DNA of 38,246 bases. Source: a virus (taxonomy: Duplodnaviria; Caudoviricetes). A model generated the notes under the pieces. The model was not told the origin of the DNA, searched no databases, and saw only the letters and a program-made list of their open reading frames with translations. The DNA is taken from IMG/VR virus record IMGVR_UViG_3300027566_000356, positions 1 to 38,246 of that record; one strand, given 5' to 3'. Positions 7,322 through 17,842 of the stretch are shown here, piece after piece. The first letter of the stretch is position 1; each line of letters begins with the position of its first letter. The position numbers were made by a program, and so were the translations under genes.

Positions 7322-8449
7322 GTGAGAAAAATAGCAGTACAAAGATTTGACAAAGTGGAGTTTAAGGCCACCAAAACGCCAGAAGGTTTTGTCCAAGATG
7401 ATGTTATTGTGGGCAGAAGCGGTTTGCTTAAATACATGAATGCAGACGGTTCAACACGTTACGAATACCGTCCTGATGAAGAAGCGTTTGACGCTGATAG
7501 TCTTTCAACCATACGTGGTAAGCCTATCACAATTGGGCATCCTGGATTAGTTCTTTCTAACAACGTATCAAAAGTGAAGCCAATTGGTACGGTACTTAGC
7601 GAAGGTAGACAGGATGGAAACAATATTCGTGCTGATGTAGTTATATACAACCTTGATACAAAAAACAGGGAATTGTCTTGCGGTTATACGGTTGACCTTG
7701 ATGAAACACCTGGTGTATTTGATGGTGTAGAATATGCAGCTGTGCAGCGAAATGTAAAATATAACCATTTAGCGGTTGTTAAAGTTGGTAGGGCTGGCAA
7801 AGAAGCACGTCTCAACATGGACAACATGGATCAAATTTATGAAGAAGAAAAGGAGATTGAACAGATGGAAAAACTCAAACTAGACAATGGTTTGGCTTAT
7901 GATGCTTCACCAGAAGTTATTGTGGCATATAACCAATTAAAGCAAGATGCTGAAAACCTTAAAAAAGAGGTAGTAGCCAAAACAGATAAAGAAAAGGCGA
8001 TGCAAGCTGAACTAGATGCCAAAGATGCAAAGTGTGATACGCAAAAAGCACAAATTGATAAACACGCAGAGGAATTAGCGAAGGTAAAGAAAGATGCCGC
8101 TGATGAAATTAAATCCGCAGTAGCCGCTAGAGTTGAACTATTAAAAGTAGCTAAGACTCACAAAGTTGAAAAAGCTGACTCCCTAACTGACAAAGAAATT
8201 AAAATTGCTGTGATCAAGAAGTCGCGTAATGACGAAGCCTTAGACTTAACTGCCAAGAGTGACGAGTACATTAACGCGGCTTTCGATTTTACTAAGGACA
8301 CACAGCGCAATGATGCTTTGGAGCAACAACGCAAAATTGTTAACCAAAAGTTACCTGCCAATCAACGTGCTGACGAAGAAGAAACATCTATTAGTGCACA
8401 ACAAAAAATGATTAACAATATGCAAAACGCATACAAGGGGGCTAAATAA
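7322..8449 (+). CDS. DUF2213-family prohead protease/scaffold fusion
   Basis: TPEGF, EYRP.EE.F...SL, PITIGHP, ELSCGY, NHLAVV..GRAG, followed by a coiled-coil C-terminal half. Confidence 0.88.
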   Translation: MRKIAVQRFDKVEFKATKTPEGFVQDDVIVGRSGLLKYMNADGSTRYEYRPDEEAFDADSLSTIRGKPITIGHPGLVLSNNVSKVKPIGTVLSEGRQDGNNIRADVVIYNLDTKNRELSCGYTVDLDETPGVFDGVEYAAVQRNVKYNHLAVVKVGRAGKEARLNMDNMDQIYEEEKEIEQMEKLKLDNGLAYDASPEVIVAYNQLKQDAENLKKEVVAKTDKEKAMQAELDAKDAKCDTQKAQIDKHAEELAKVKKDAADEIKSAVAARVELLKVAKTHKVEKADSLTDKEIKIAVIKKSRNDEALDLTAKSDEYINAAFDFTKDTQRNDALEQQRKIVNQKLPANQRADEEETSISAQQKMINNMQNAYKGAK

Positions 8450-8450
8450 T

Positions 8451-8927
8451 ATGCAACTATCTTATTCGCAAAACATGACTCCTGCCGTTGCAGGTACACC
8501 ATATGACATTTCCCCAATGACCGTAGATTCACTTATTACAGAAACGGTTACAGGGATTGGATTTGGAGTTATTGCTGGCACTGATCCACAAAATCAAGCA
8601 AAAGTACCTGCCGCTACATTTTCAACAGGTTTTAAGGGCATTGCACTCTTGCAAGCAATTGAACAAACATACCAAACTGGCGTTGTGCAGTACGCAATTA
8701 AAGAAACTGTACCAGTAATGCGTAAAGGTCGTGCATGGGTTCCTTTTATTAGTGGACAAGCAATTGTTGCTGAAACCGCCGCTTACTTAGTGTTTGATGG
8801 TGCAGATGCAGGCAAATGGACTAACGCCGCTGGTGCTAGTACGACTGCCGTTGCTGTCACTGGTGCTAAATTTATTACGTCAAATACATCCACAACTGGC
8901 GGCGTTGTTGTCGTTGAGTTGGCATAA
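8451..8927 (+). CDS. Capsid decoration/cement protein
   Basis: 158 aa, Gly/Ala/Thr-rich, VMRKGRAWV motif, located between protease and major capsid. Confidence 0.75.
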   Translation: MQLSYSQNMTPAVAGTPYDISPMTVDSLITETVTGIGFGVIAGTDPQNQAKVPAATFSTGFKGIALLQAIEQTYQTGVVQYAIKETVPVMRKGRAWVPFISGQAIVAETAAYLVFDGADAGKWTNAAGASTTAVAVTGAKFITSNTSTTGGVVVVELA

Positions 8928-8945
8928 AGAGAGGGGAATATATAA

Positions 8946-9938
8946 ATGAATAAAAAAGAAAGATATGACGAAAGAGACTTATCGGCTATCCAATCGGCTA
9001 ACTTATTGCGTGAGGATGCAGGGCAGTCTATTTTTTTTGCTAGAGAATTAGAACACATTAAAACAAAATCATACGATGTACTGTTTCCTAATTTAACAGC
9101 TACGCGAATGATTCCTGTTTCAATGGATGCCGGTTCTGGAGCAAAAACGATTACATACCGTCAATATGAAAATGTTGGTTTTGCTAAGATTATTTCTAAC
9201 TACGCTACTGACTTGCCGCGAACTGATGTAACCGGAAAAGAATTCAGTTCTCCTATTCGCGCTATTGGTAATTCATACGGTTATAATATTGACGATATTC
9301 GCGCCGCGCAAATGTCTGGCAAGCCACTAGAACAGCGCAGAGCAAACGCCGCTAGACAAGCTGATGCACAATTGGTAAATCAAATTGCTTATAAAGGAGA
9401 TACAGCTAACGGTCTTAACGGTTTTTTCACACATCCTAATATCACTTCATACACATTGCCGACTGATGGCGTTGGAAACGGTACTACTGCTGGTACTGTC
9501 GCCGCCGCTAAGTTTGTCAATAAAACTCCTGACCAAGTGTTGAGAGATTTAAACGGAATTGTAAATACTCCTACTACGCTAACAAATGGTGTAGAGAATG
9601 TTGATACAGTTCTTTTATCTCATACTGTATTCTCTGACTTGAATACTCGTCCGCGATCAACTACAAGTGATACGTCAATTTTACAGTACTTCAAGAATAA
9701 TAATCCTGGTGTTACTGTAGAACGTATCCCTGAATGTGCTGGTGCTGGTGCTGGCGGTACTGATATTGTTGTGGCTTATACTAAATCGCCTGATAAACTA
9801 ACTCTTGAAATTCCACAGGCTTTTGAACAATTCCCTCCACAAGCTAAAGGATTGGAGTTTGAGATTCCTTGTCACTCTAAATGTGGTGGAGTTATCATTT
9901 ACTATCCACTATCAATTTGCAAAGCAGAAGGTTGCTAA
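8946..9938 (+). CDS. Major capsid protein (DUF2184/linocin-like HK97 fold)
   Basis: FFARELEHI, G.AKII..YATDLP, GFFTHPNI, GGV.IYYP motifs; position in the head operon. Confidence 0.9.
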   Translation: MNKKERYDERDLSAIQSANLLREDAGQSIFFARELEHIKTKSYDVLFPNLTATRMIPVSMDAGSGAKTITYRQYENVGFAKIISNYATDLPRTDVTGKEFSSPIRAIGNSYGYNIDDIRAAQMSGKPLEQRRANAARQADAQLVNQIAYKGDTANGLNGFFTHPNITSYTLPTDGVGNGTTAGTVAAAKFVNKTPDQVLRDLNGIVNTPTTLTNGVENVDTVLLSHTVFSDLNTRPRSTTSDTSILQYFKNNNPGVTVERIPECAGAGAGGTDIVVAYTKSPDKLTLEIPQAFEQFPPQAKGLEFEIPCHSKCGGVIIYYPLSICKAEGC

Positions 9939-9957
9939 AAAAATCTGTTACTAATTT

Positions 9958-9991
9958 GGGCAGATTCTTTTTTCTGCCCTTTATTTATTTT
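9958..9991 (+). terminator. Terminator-like hairpin after the capsid gene
   Basis: GGGCAGA-ttctttt-TCTGCCC-TTTATTTATTTT. Confidence 0.55.
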
Positions 9992-9998
9992 AGGAGGA

Positions 9999-10313
9999 AT
10001 GATTATATTGACTAAATATATTAACAAAGCTGAAAGAGTAATTGCGTTTGGCAATAAGTTCTCTATTCCAGGAACAGAACCAATTGAATTAACTGATGCA
10101 GAAGTGGCTAACCCATTTACTCAACTTTATATTAAAGATGGTGTTTTGGTAGAAGTGCCAGAATCTGTGCAAGAACCTACAGAAGAAACAAAAATTGACA
10201 TTGATACAATGACTGTAAAACAATTACAAGATTATGCCGTGACAAACAACATTGATCTTGGCGATGCCGCAAAGAAAGAGGATATTCTCGCATTGATTAA
10301 AGCTGTAAAATAA
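9999..10313 (+). CDS. Head-associated protein with a C-terminal HeH/Rho-N-like motif
   Basis: MTVKQLQDYA...IDLGDAAKKEDILALI; typical gene after the major capsid. Confidence 0.65.
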   Translation: MIILTKYINKAERVIAFGNKFSIPGTEPIELTDAEVANPFTQLYIKDGVLVEVPESVQEPTEETKIDIDTMTVKQLQDYAVTNNIDLGDAAKKEDILALIKAVK

Positions 10314-10325
10314 GGCGGCGATAAT

Positions 10326-10655
10326 ATGACCGAGATAGAAGCATTAACCGCAATTAAAACCGAGTGCAAAATATTATCTGATGCTTTTAGCGATACCGAA
10401 CTAATCTACTTCCTGACAAAAAACAGTAAAGATGATGGAACAGGAACAAGTATTTATAATCTAAATCGTGCAATTTGTGATGCTTTACGAAGTGCTATAA
10501 CAGTACTGCCTGTTAGTTTTAGTCGTGGTGGTGTAGTTGAAAAGCGAGAAGATTTGAAGTCATTGCTCAAAGATTATCAACGTAAGGCAATGGTTGGCAA
10601 TGCTGACTTCCCTGGTGTTGGGATTGGGGTGGTTATTCGTGATATTTCCAATTAA
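10326..10655 (+). CDS. Head-tail adaptor (gp15/gp6-like)
   Basis: Helical 109 aa with FSDTEL..FL; synteny. Confidence 0.6.
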   Translation: MTEIEALTAIKTECKILSDAFSDTELIYFLTKNSKDDGTGTSIYNLNRAICDALRSAITVLPVSFSRGGVVEKREDLKSLLKDYQRKAMVGNADFPGVGIGVVIRDISN

Positions 10656-10950
10656 ATTCACAGAAGCGGAAACGTTGACTGTGCAAACCATGACCACCAC
10701 CCAAAACGAACTAGGTGAGATCATATCTGATTGGGCAGACGATGGAACTATTAAAGGTGAAATATGGCCTTTACGCGGCAATGCAAAGAACTATGAAATG
10801 GGTGTGACTGATTTGAGTACACATAAGTTATTCACTCAGGGAACCGTCAAAAGTAATAGTCGAGTCATTGCCGCTAACGGAATATACAGAGTTGGCTATG
10901 TGCAGGATTGGAAAAGCCATAGAGAAGCAGTGCTGGAGTTGATATTTTAA
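10639..10950 (+). CDS. Head closure/stopper protein (gp16-like)
   Basis: NELGE....W motif, beta-rich. Likely GTG start at 10639 after GGGGTGG. Confidence 0.65.
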   Translation: MIFPIKFTEAETLTVQTMTTTQNELGEIISDWADDGTIKGEIWPLRGNAKNYEMGVTDLSTHKLFTQGTVKSNSRVIAANGIYRVGYVQDWKSHREAVLELIF

Positions 10951-11363
10951 TGGCAACTAAAGACATTGGACAAAACGCAATGATGGCAAAGTTTAAGGCC
11001 TTGAAACTGGCTATGGTTGCTGAAACTATGATGGCGGTAGACAATACCTGCTCGCACATTGAAACATATGCCAAACTAACTCATGGTATTCAAGGCGGTA
11101 ATCCAACTCAGCCAGGGAAAAACGTATTCCAGAATAGAACGTTTGATCTTGAAACTAGCATTCACCACGATACACCTAAAATAAATGGTACGTTTATTAG
11201 TGGTAATGTAATTGCGGATATGCCTTACGCTTCAGATGTGGAGCATGGAACGTCTACATCTAGACCTTACCCATTCATGAAACCATCCGTAGAAGCAAGC
11301 TCACGACTCATGCCAATTGAGTTATCTTATGCACTAGAACGTGCAAAGTTGGTGATTAAATGA
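10950..11363 (+). CDS. HK97 gp10-like neck/tail completion protein
   Basis: RTFDLETSI, YASDVEHGT, PYPFMKPS motifs. Confidence 0.75.
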   Translation: MATKDIGQNAMMAKFKALKLAMVAETMMAVDNTCSHIETYAKLTHGIQGGNPTQPGKNVFQNRTFDLETSIHHDTPKINGTFISGNVIADMPYASDVEHGTSTSRPYPFMKPSVEASSRLMPIELSYALERAKLVIK

Positions 11364-11779
11364 AGTCAATCAAGGTTGATATATTCAACGCTTTAAAACT
11401 AACCAAAGAACAATTGATTGCCGTTACTGGTGATACAACAATTTCAAAGGCGCTAGTTGATATAGTTGGTGTGGACACAACAGGCATAAAGCAAATATTC
11501 TCGTTTTATCCACCAAGTACGGCTGTATATCCGTGTTGTGGATTTTACCGTATTAGTGGACAATCAGGAACGGCAGATGGAAAACTTTCTAGCAACAAAA
11601 ATGAATTATATTCTGTTGATTGCTTTGCTAAGACTATAACAGCTTGTGAGGATATGGAGATTGCTATTGATACGGCAATGAATACGCTTGATTGGATGGT
11701 TACGGCTGAACACGGCCCTGACCTGTACGAAGATGGAACAAAACTATTCCATAAATGTTTAAGATACAGAATTAAATAG
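11360..11779 (+). CDS. Tail terminator (gp17-like)
   Basis: YSVDCF, DLYEDGTKLFHK.LRY; position before the major tail gene. Confidence 0.7.
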   Translation: MKSIKVDIFNALKLTKEQLIAVTGDTTISKALVDIVGVDTTGIKQIFSFYPPSTAVYPCCGFYRISGQSGTADGKLSSNKNELYSVDCFAKTITACEDMEIAIDTAMNTLDWMVTAEHGPDLYEDGTKLFHKCLRYRIK

Positions 11780-11789
11780 GCACAAACGA

Positions 11790-11814
11790 ACACCGAATGA
11801 GCGGTGTATTTTTT
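11790..11814 (+). terminator. Terminator-like hairpin
   Basis: ACACCG-aatgag-CGGTGT-ATTTTTT. Confidence 0.55.
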
Positions 11815-11841
11815 ATGCCAAAAAAGAAAGGATGATTATTA

Positions 11842-12435
11842 ATGACATTAGCTAAATCTAGTGGCGTATTTGGGGTAAAAAACCTCAAAGTTACAAAATT
11901 ATTGACTGACGAAGAAGGTTCTGCACCGACTTATGACGCGACAGCTATTAGTATCCCAGGAATCAAGTCCCTTAAAATGACTAAAAAAACAAAAGATGTT
12001 GAGTCTCGCGGTGATGAACGTTTAAGAGATAGAGAATCATTTTTTGAATCTCTTGATATTTCATGGGAAAATGAAGAAATTTCAATGGAGGCTCTTGTGA
12101 TGATTTGTGGTGAAGCGGCTATTAAAAATACTGCCGCTGGAACCGCACCGGTTACACCAGAATTAAACCAAATCATTGAATCTTCCGATGCTGTAAGCAA
12201 CTATTTTAAATTAACTTGTGACACCAAACGAGGTAGCAAAAGCAAGGGAGTAACAAACGTAGGTGTTGAGATATTCAAAATACAAGGCAACTTGACTTAT
12301 GAATTTACTGGGGAAGGATTCGCCAATTGCAGTTTTTCCGGTTCTGGCTTTGGTTGCGAAGGTACGATTGATGGTGTTGCACATCCTTACCGTAGATTAA
12401 CGTTTGCCGATGGTGCAATCACATACGCTTCTTAA
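11842..12435 (+). CDS. Major tail protein (phi13-like siphovirus tube)
   Basis: FGVKNL....L.D....TY....IPG motif, RGD; no sheath gene in the window. Confidence 0.8.
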   Translation: MTLAKSSGVFGVKNLKVTKLLTDEEGSAPTYDATAISIPGIKSLKMTKKTKDVESRGDERLRDRESFFESLDISWENEEISMEALVMICGEAAIKNTAAGTAPVTPELNQIIESSDAVSNYFKLTCDTKRGSKSKGVTNVGVEIFKIQGNLTYEFTGEGFANCSFSGSGFGCEGTIDGVAHPYRRLTFADGAITYAS

Positions 12436-12485
12436 TAAGTGGCAGGGTAACTCCTGCCTATTCTCTTTGAAAGGACTGAATTACA

Positions 12486-12935
12486 TTGAATTTGTCAACA
12501 CTCTTTCCCGATCTTCCTAAAATAACACTAAATGGCACAGAACAAGAATTAAAATTCACCACTCGTTCCCTTCTACAACTTGAAAAAGATTATCCAGACC
12601 AAACTATTGACGGTAAAGAAAAAACGTCACAGGAACTAATTTTAAACGCTTTAAATAGCGGATTTTCTATGATGAAAACTACAGACTTAGTAAACTTACT
12701 GTACGCAGGATTAATTCATAATAAGTCGTTTGACAATAAAGAATCTCTAATTGATGCTATGGAAACTCATGCTTTCCCTGTTTATATTGACCATATTTTA
12801 ACCGCTTATCAATTATCGAAAAGCACACCAGAACAGATTGAAAAAATGGAAGTCATGGCACAAGCTAATGGTTCAAAAAAAAAGACAAAGAAAGAGACTT
12901 TGCAAGAGAATACGCCTACTACAGAATCGAAGTAG
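12486..12935 (+). CDS. Tail assembly chaperone (gpG-like)
   Basis: Located between major tail and tape measure; LKFT..SL..LE and LLYAGL motifs. Confidence 0.8.
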   Translation: MNLSTLFPDLPKITLNGTEQELKFTTRSLLQLEKDYPDQTIDGKEKTSQELILNALNSGFSMMKTTDLVNLLYAGLIHNKSFDNKESLIDAMETHAFPVYIDHILTAYQLSKSTPEQIEKMEVMAQANGSKKKTKKETLQENTPTTESK

Positions 12936-13054
12936 GATTGACAAAACAAGAGTATCTTGACAGTACAGAACGCGAATTAATGGCTCTTTCAATTGGCAAT
13001 TCCGAGATGAACGGTCAAAAAACGGAGTACGATGATATTTGTGACATTTTATAG
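12884..13054 (+). CDS. -1 frameshift extension of the tail chaperone (gpT part of gpGT)
   Basis: Slippery A AAA AAG at 12878-12884. The -1 frame is open: DKERDFAREYAYYRIEVGLTKQEYLDSTERELMAL...DDICDIL* (TAG 13052-13054), filling the gap to the tape measure RBS. Confidence 0.8.
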   Translation, partial: DKERDFAREYAYYRIEVGLTKQEYLDSTERELMALSIGNSEMNGQKTEYDDICDIL

Positions 13055-13069
13055 GAAAGGAGGTAAACT

Positions 13070-16000
13070 ATGGCAAACGAAACAAGTGTAGGCGGAATAA
13101 TTGCACCTGTACAAGCTGATATTTCAGACTTTATGCGAAAGTTTGATCAAGTTGATCAGCAGACTAACAAAGTCAGCGCAAACGTGATTAATAAACTTGA
13201 AATGATGAGTAGTGCTTTACGTGATGTGACGGCACAAGCGAATGCACTTAATATTAAGGAACCTTCCGTATCAAGCAATTCTACTGCTACCAATAATGGA
13301 CTTGCAAAAACATTGCAATTTACTGACAGTATTAAACAATCTAAACAACAGATTGCCGCTATTGACCGCAATTTATTTGACCAATTACAGAAGAATAATC
13401 AAGCTGAAACAACAAGAACGGCTGAATTAAGACGACAAAAGTCTGAGATCGAAGGACAACTTGCGGCTTTAAAATCTTCTTCATCTTCTGGATTAGATTC
13501 TTCGATTAAATCTACGGCTAAAAACGTCAGTTTATTAAACGAAGAATTCGGAAAAATTAAAAGTCATATAATGTGGATGGCTACTGCGACTATTTCTGGT
13601 GCAGCTGTAATGACACCATTTATGATGGTTGACAAAATCAAAGAAATGGAACAGGCAATGGCTGGCGTTAGACAGGTTCTTCCTAGCTTGGAAGGTGATC
13701 AAAATGCTGTTAACACAGAATTAATCAATTTCACTAAAATAGCTAGTAAATATGGCGAATCAACAATGGAAGTAATTGACGCAGGGCGTTCATGGGGGCG
13801 TATGTATAAGGACGTAAACGTTGTTAATTTGTTGGTTGCACAGTCTGCCAAAATGGCAACTGCTGATAATTTTTCAATGAAAGATTCTGTTAAAGGTTTA
13901 GAATCTGCAATGTCTCAATTTGGCATGAAGTCAGAAAATGTAAATGAAGTAATGAAAAACAGTAACAAAATATTAGACGTTTGGACTAAATTGGCACATA
14001 CAGGCGGTGCTTCTGCACAAGATTTAGTTGCAGGTGTTGAACGCGCTGGCTCTACCGCTTATCAAGCTGGCATGTCGTTTGAGTTTTATAACGCTATGAT
14101 TGCTACAGGCGTGAGGAATACAGCTTTATCTGGTTCTGAAATTGGTAACAGTATGAAAAGTTTGGCAATCAACTTTAAAACAGACAAAGCAATTTCTGAA
14201 ATGGACAAGTTTGGCGTTGCTGTAAAAAAAGTAGACCAAGACGGTAAAGTTACATTTAGAAGTATGCAAGATGTGATTCTTGATCTTTCTTTAGCGGTTC
14301 AAAATACTGACAAAGATACATCTAAATTGTTTTCATCATTATTTGGTAAATTCCAAAATTCAAAACTTACTAGCATTGTTACCGACTATAAGCAAATTAT
14401 TGATAACTGGCAAAATGCTGTAAATAGTTCAAATTTCACGGACGAACAAGTAGCTTTACAGTTAGATACTATTTCACGGAAAATAGGAACAACAAAAGCT
14501 ATCCTAGATGAATTGGCGGCTGGTGCTGGCAACAGTGGATTAACTAATTTTATTAAAGAACAAATTTCATCTATCAATAATTTTTTAACTGGCCTTACAG
14601 CTATGTCATCTAACATGGTAAGTGCTATAGGCACTACCATTAAATGGTCGGCAGAACTATATTTGGTGACTAAAGTATTAACATCTATAACAGAAGGTGT
14701 TAAAGCTGTAAAACTAGCAAGTGAAGCCTACGTTGCAGTTAAAGCAGTAGATACGACAGTTACGGTAATTAATACAGAAGCTAAGATTGCCGAGAATATC
14801 GCTACAGCTAATTTAAATAGGACAATTGCTGTAAGTAGTGCTATCCGTGGTAATATTATACCTTTGTTAATACTAGGAACAGCCGCAATGTATAGTTATA
14901 ACGAAAGTGTTGGCGAAGCAAATAATAAAATTCAAAAACAATCCGATAATGAAGCGGTTAGACTTGAACAAATGCAGAGAAGTGCTGATAGTATTAAACA
15001 ACAAAGCGAATTTATTAATACTTTAGCAAACTCATATGACAAACAAAGTGAAGCATTGCAAAATGCAGGTGAAAATACCGAAAAAGGTCAAAAAATTCAA
15101 GAAGAAATGACTTTTTTAGAAAAGAAATTGACCGAGGAATTAAATATAAATTCTGCCGCACAAGATGAAAACGCTGGTAACATTATTGAAAACGGTAAAG
15201 TGAATCGAACCGTAATTGATAATAACATCAAAGCAAAAGAATTACATAGTGCCCAACTAGCCGAATCATTATTAAAAGATGCTGATAATTTAAGAAATGA
15301 AGCACTTTATCATAAAAACCTTGCAAATTCTAAAATCAAAGATATGGAAAATGAAATAACGATGCTTGGCTTTTTAGAACGTGCTTATCTTGCTTATTTT
15401 AATTTCATGGCTGATATGTATAACAAAATGGCTGACTACCAAGAACAAAGTGCAAATGAAACTGATGATTTTACTGGTGTATCTGTTGAAAAAACTCCCG
15501 AACAAAAACAGAAAATTTTAGAAAACGCTAAAAAATATAGAGAAAAATCAGCAGGATATCAGCAAAAGAGAACGTCAACGGCAGAAAACTACATTGGAAT
15601 AAGCCAAATGTTAAGAGACTCTAACACTGAAGCGTTAGAAGCTATGAAAATTCAAACTAACTATGTTGCTCAAAATACAAAAATGGCAGGTATAGTTGAT
15701 CCTTCTGGCAAAAAAGGCAAAGGTTCATCGTCGAATGCACCACAAGATCGTACAGAAAACATACAGTCAAAAGTAGATTTTCTCGAACTAGATAAAATAA
15801 TCAATAGCATTGAAATATTTACTGACAACTACAATGAGTCATTAAATAAGATTAAAACATCTGAAGAATTATACGGTGTCACGATACAAACTAATACTGA
15901 CCGCATGTCGGCTATGCATAAACAACTTGTAAATCTTAAAGATGCTGGCGATGCTGTCGATAAATTAAAGCAAACCAATATTGATAAAATAAACAGTTTT

Positions 16001-17842
16001 GCTGATAAAACAGGTGCTACCGTTAGCATATCAGGTGGAAATAGTACACCTGAAGGAACGGCCTTTAACTATCTTTCTAACGCTGGCTATAAGCCAGAAA
16101 TGGTTGCTGGTATTATTGGCAATCTTATGACTGAATCTGGTTTAAACCCAACCGCTTTAGCTGGCGATGGTTCTGGTTCATATGGCATTGGGCAATGGCT
16201 TGGTGGTAGGCTAGATGGTTTATATGATTTTGCTAAAAATAATAATTCCGATGTTAACGCATTAGAAACACAATTAGCGTATTTAGTTTACGAAATGCAA
16301 CATAATGAATCTGGCTCAATAGATAAAGTAATGGCTAGTGGTTCGACAACACCAGAAGAATTTGCTCTTGCTGTATCTAAATATTACGAACGTCCTGCAT
16401 GGGCAGAAAACCCAGAAAGGCAACAAAACTCGCGAAATGTATACAGCAAATATATTAGCGGAGAACTTAATGGAACGCCAGAAGAAATTAATATAAACGG
16501 AGATACGTTAAACGGTGCAGGAATTGATAGTGCAACATGGAAAAGTGCAACTTCTGAACAAAAGGTTCAATTAGTACAAAGTCATCATGATCAGATGCAA
16601 AATGCTGATCTGCTTATCAAATACTTGCAAGAAGAAATAAAACGCGAAAAAAAACTATCAGGAATTAAAGCTAATATAGCAAAACAACAACTAGCCATAG
16701 TTAAATCAGGAATTGAAGATACCAACAATTTAATTAGTGCAAGCAATACCGAAGCGGAACAATGGAAAACTCAACAATTATTAAAATACGGTGTTGGAGT
16801 TACGCAAGAACAAAAAGATAAACTTGATTTAGATGTATTTAATAAAAGGCTTGAAACTTTAAAACGAGAAAGAGACAGATATGCTGACGATCCCAAAAGC
16901 GTGGAATATAAAAAATTAAATGATGACTATGCAAAGTTAATTATGCAACGTGACACCATGCAAAAACTTACAATTCCAAACACCAAGTATCAAACAAACG
17001 TTGCTAATGTCGGCTATGACCAGCAAATTAAATCTAACGCTCTAGGAACTAACTACACCAAAGAGCAAAAGGATATTATTGATTTAGTTGCCGCCAACGA
17101 AAAATTGAGGTTAGCTGAACAGAGCCGCGATACTCTTGAAAATGCAGGTAAAAAAGATTCTGCCGAATACAAAGAAAAGCTAGTTTTAATAGGTCAATTA
17201 AAAAATGAAATATTAGCTTTAAACGACAAAACATTAGTTGTCCGCACTAGCATGGCAAGCATGTTTGACGGCATGATGCGTGGCACTACAACATTTAGTC
17301 AGTTTTGGCGCAACGCTTGCCTTGATTTTGGTACTCAAATGATTAATCAAATTTGGAATATTAATCAGGCTGGCAGACAATCTTCATTGATAGGCAATAT
17401 ATTTGGTGGCTTGTTTGGCGGTTCAACTTATTCCAGTACTTCTGGGATTAATGCTACTGCAAAAGCAAATATAGCGTCACAGTATTTCCCTTCTACAACA
17501 TTTTCTATTGCCGGCAAAAGAGAAAACGGTGGTTCGGTAATAGCAGGGCAAACTTATCTTGTTGGTGAAAAACGACCTGAATTATTTGTTCCTACGTCAA
17601 ACGGAACAATCATACCTGATTTATCAACCATTAGGGCAAATAATGCTAACGCTAACACTAGTGCTAACACTGGCAATGTTCAACACGTAGCGGTTAACAT
17701 CAAACAAAATTATCAATCGCTCGACCCTGCCACAAACATGAAACTTCAAAAAGCACAAAACGCCAGTATGAAATCCGAAATATTGAACGCTATTAGAACT
17801 GAAACCACTTGGCGTTCTGCTGTAAAGGGGGCGGCAAGATAA
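13070..17842 (+). CDS. Tape measure protein (TP901-like core) with an internal phage tail lysozyme domain
   Basis: 1590 aa, helical; TP901-type core near aa 200-450. Lysozyme-like AGIIGNLMTESGLNP...YGIGQW...YYERP at ~16040-16450. C-terminal GG.V..G..YLVGE..PELFVP. Confidence 0.92.
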   Translation: MANETSVGGIIAPVQADISDFMRKFDQVDQQTNKVSANVINKLEMMSSALRDVTAQANALNIKEPSVSSNSTATNNGLAKTLQFTDSIKQSKQQIAAIDRNLFDQLQKNNQAETTRTAELRRQKSEIEGQLAALKSSSSSGLDSSIKSTAKNVSLLNEEFGKIKSHIMWMATATISGAAVMTPFMMVDKIKEMEQAMAGVRQVLPSLEGDQNAVNTELINFTKIASKYGESTMEVIDAGRSWGRMYKDVNVVNLLVAQSAKMATADNFSMKDSVKGLESAMSQFGMKSENVNEVMKNSNKILDVWTKLAHTGGASAQDLVAGVERAGSTAYQAGMSFEFYNAMIATGVRNTALSGSEIGNSMKSLAINFKTDKAISEMDKFGVAVKKVDQDGKVTFRSMQDVILDLSLAVQNTDKDTSKLFSSLFGKFQNSKLTSIVTDYKQIIDNWQNAVNSSNFTDEQVALQLDTISRKIGTTKAILDELAAGAGNSGLTNFIKEQISSINNFLTGLTAMSSNMVSAIGTTIKWSAELYLVTKVLTSITEGVKAVKLASEAYVAVKAVDTTVTVINTEAKIAENIATANLNRTIAVSSAIRGNIIPLLILGTAAMYSYNESVGEANNKIQKQSDNEAVRLEQMQRSADSIKQQSEFINTLANSYDKQSEALQNAGENTEKGQKIQEEMTFLEKKLTEELNINSAAQDENAGNIIENGKVNRTVIDNNIKAKELHSAQLAESLLKDADNLRNEALYHKNLANSKIKDMENEITMLGFLERAYLAYFNFMADMYNKMADYQEQSANETDDFTGVSVEKTPEQKQKILENAKKYREKSAGYQQKRTSTAENYIGISQMLRDSNTEALEAMKIQTNYVAQNTKMAGIVDPSGKKGKGSSSNAPQDRTENIQSKVDFLELDKIINSIEIFTDNYNESLNKIKTSEELYGVTIQTNTDRMSAMHKQLVNLKDAGDAVDKLKQTNIDKINSFADKTGATVSISGGNSTPEGTAFNYLSNAGYKPEMVAGIIGNLMTESGLNPTALAGDGSGSYGIGQWLGGRLDGLYDFAKNNNSDVNALETQLAYLVYEMQHNESGSIDKVMASGSTTPEEFALAVSKYYERPAWAENPERQQNSRNVYSKYISGELNGTPEEININGDTLNGAGIDSATWKSATSEQKVQLVQSHHDQMQNADLLIKYLQEEIKREKKLSGIKANIAKQQLAIVKSGIEDTNNLISASNTEAEQWKTQQLLKYGVGVTQEQKDKLDLDVFNKRLETLKRERDRYADDPKSVEYKKLNDDYAKLIMQRDTMQKLTIPNTKYQTNVANVGYDQQIKSNALGTNYTKEQKDIIDLVAANEKLRLAEQSRDTLENAGKKDSAEYKEKLVLIGQLKNEILALNDKTLVVRTSMASMFDGMMRGTTTFSQFWRNACLDFGTQMINQIWNINQAGRQSSLIGNIFGGLFGGSTYSSTSGINATAKANIASQYFPSTTFSIAGKRENGGSVIAGQTYLVGEKRPELFVPTSNGTIIPDLSTIRANNANANTSANTGNVQHVAVNIKQNYQSLDPATNMKLQKAQNASMKSEILNAIRTETTWRSAVKGAAR

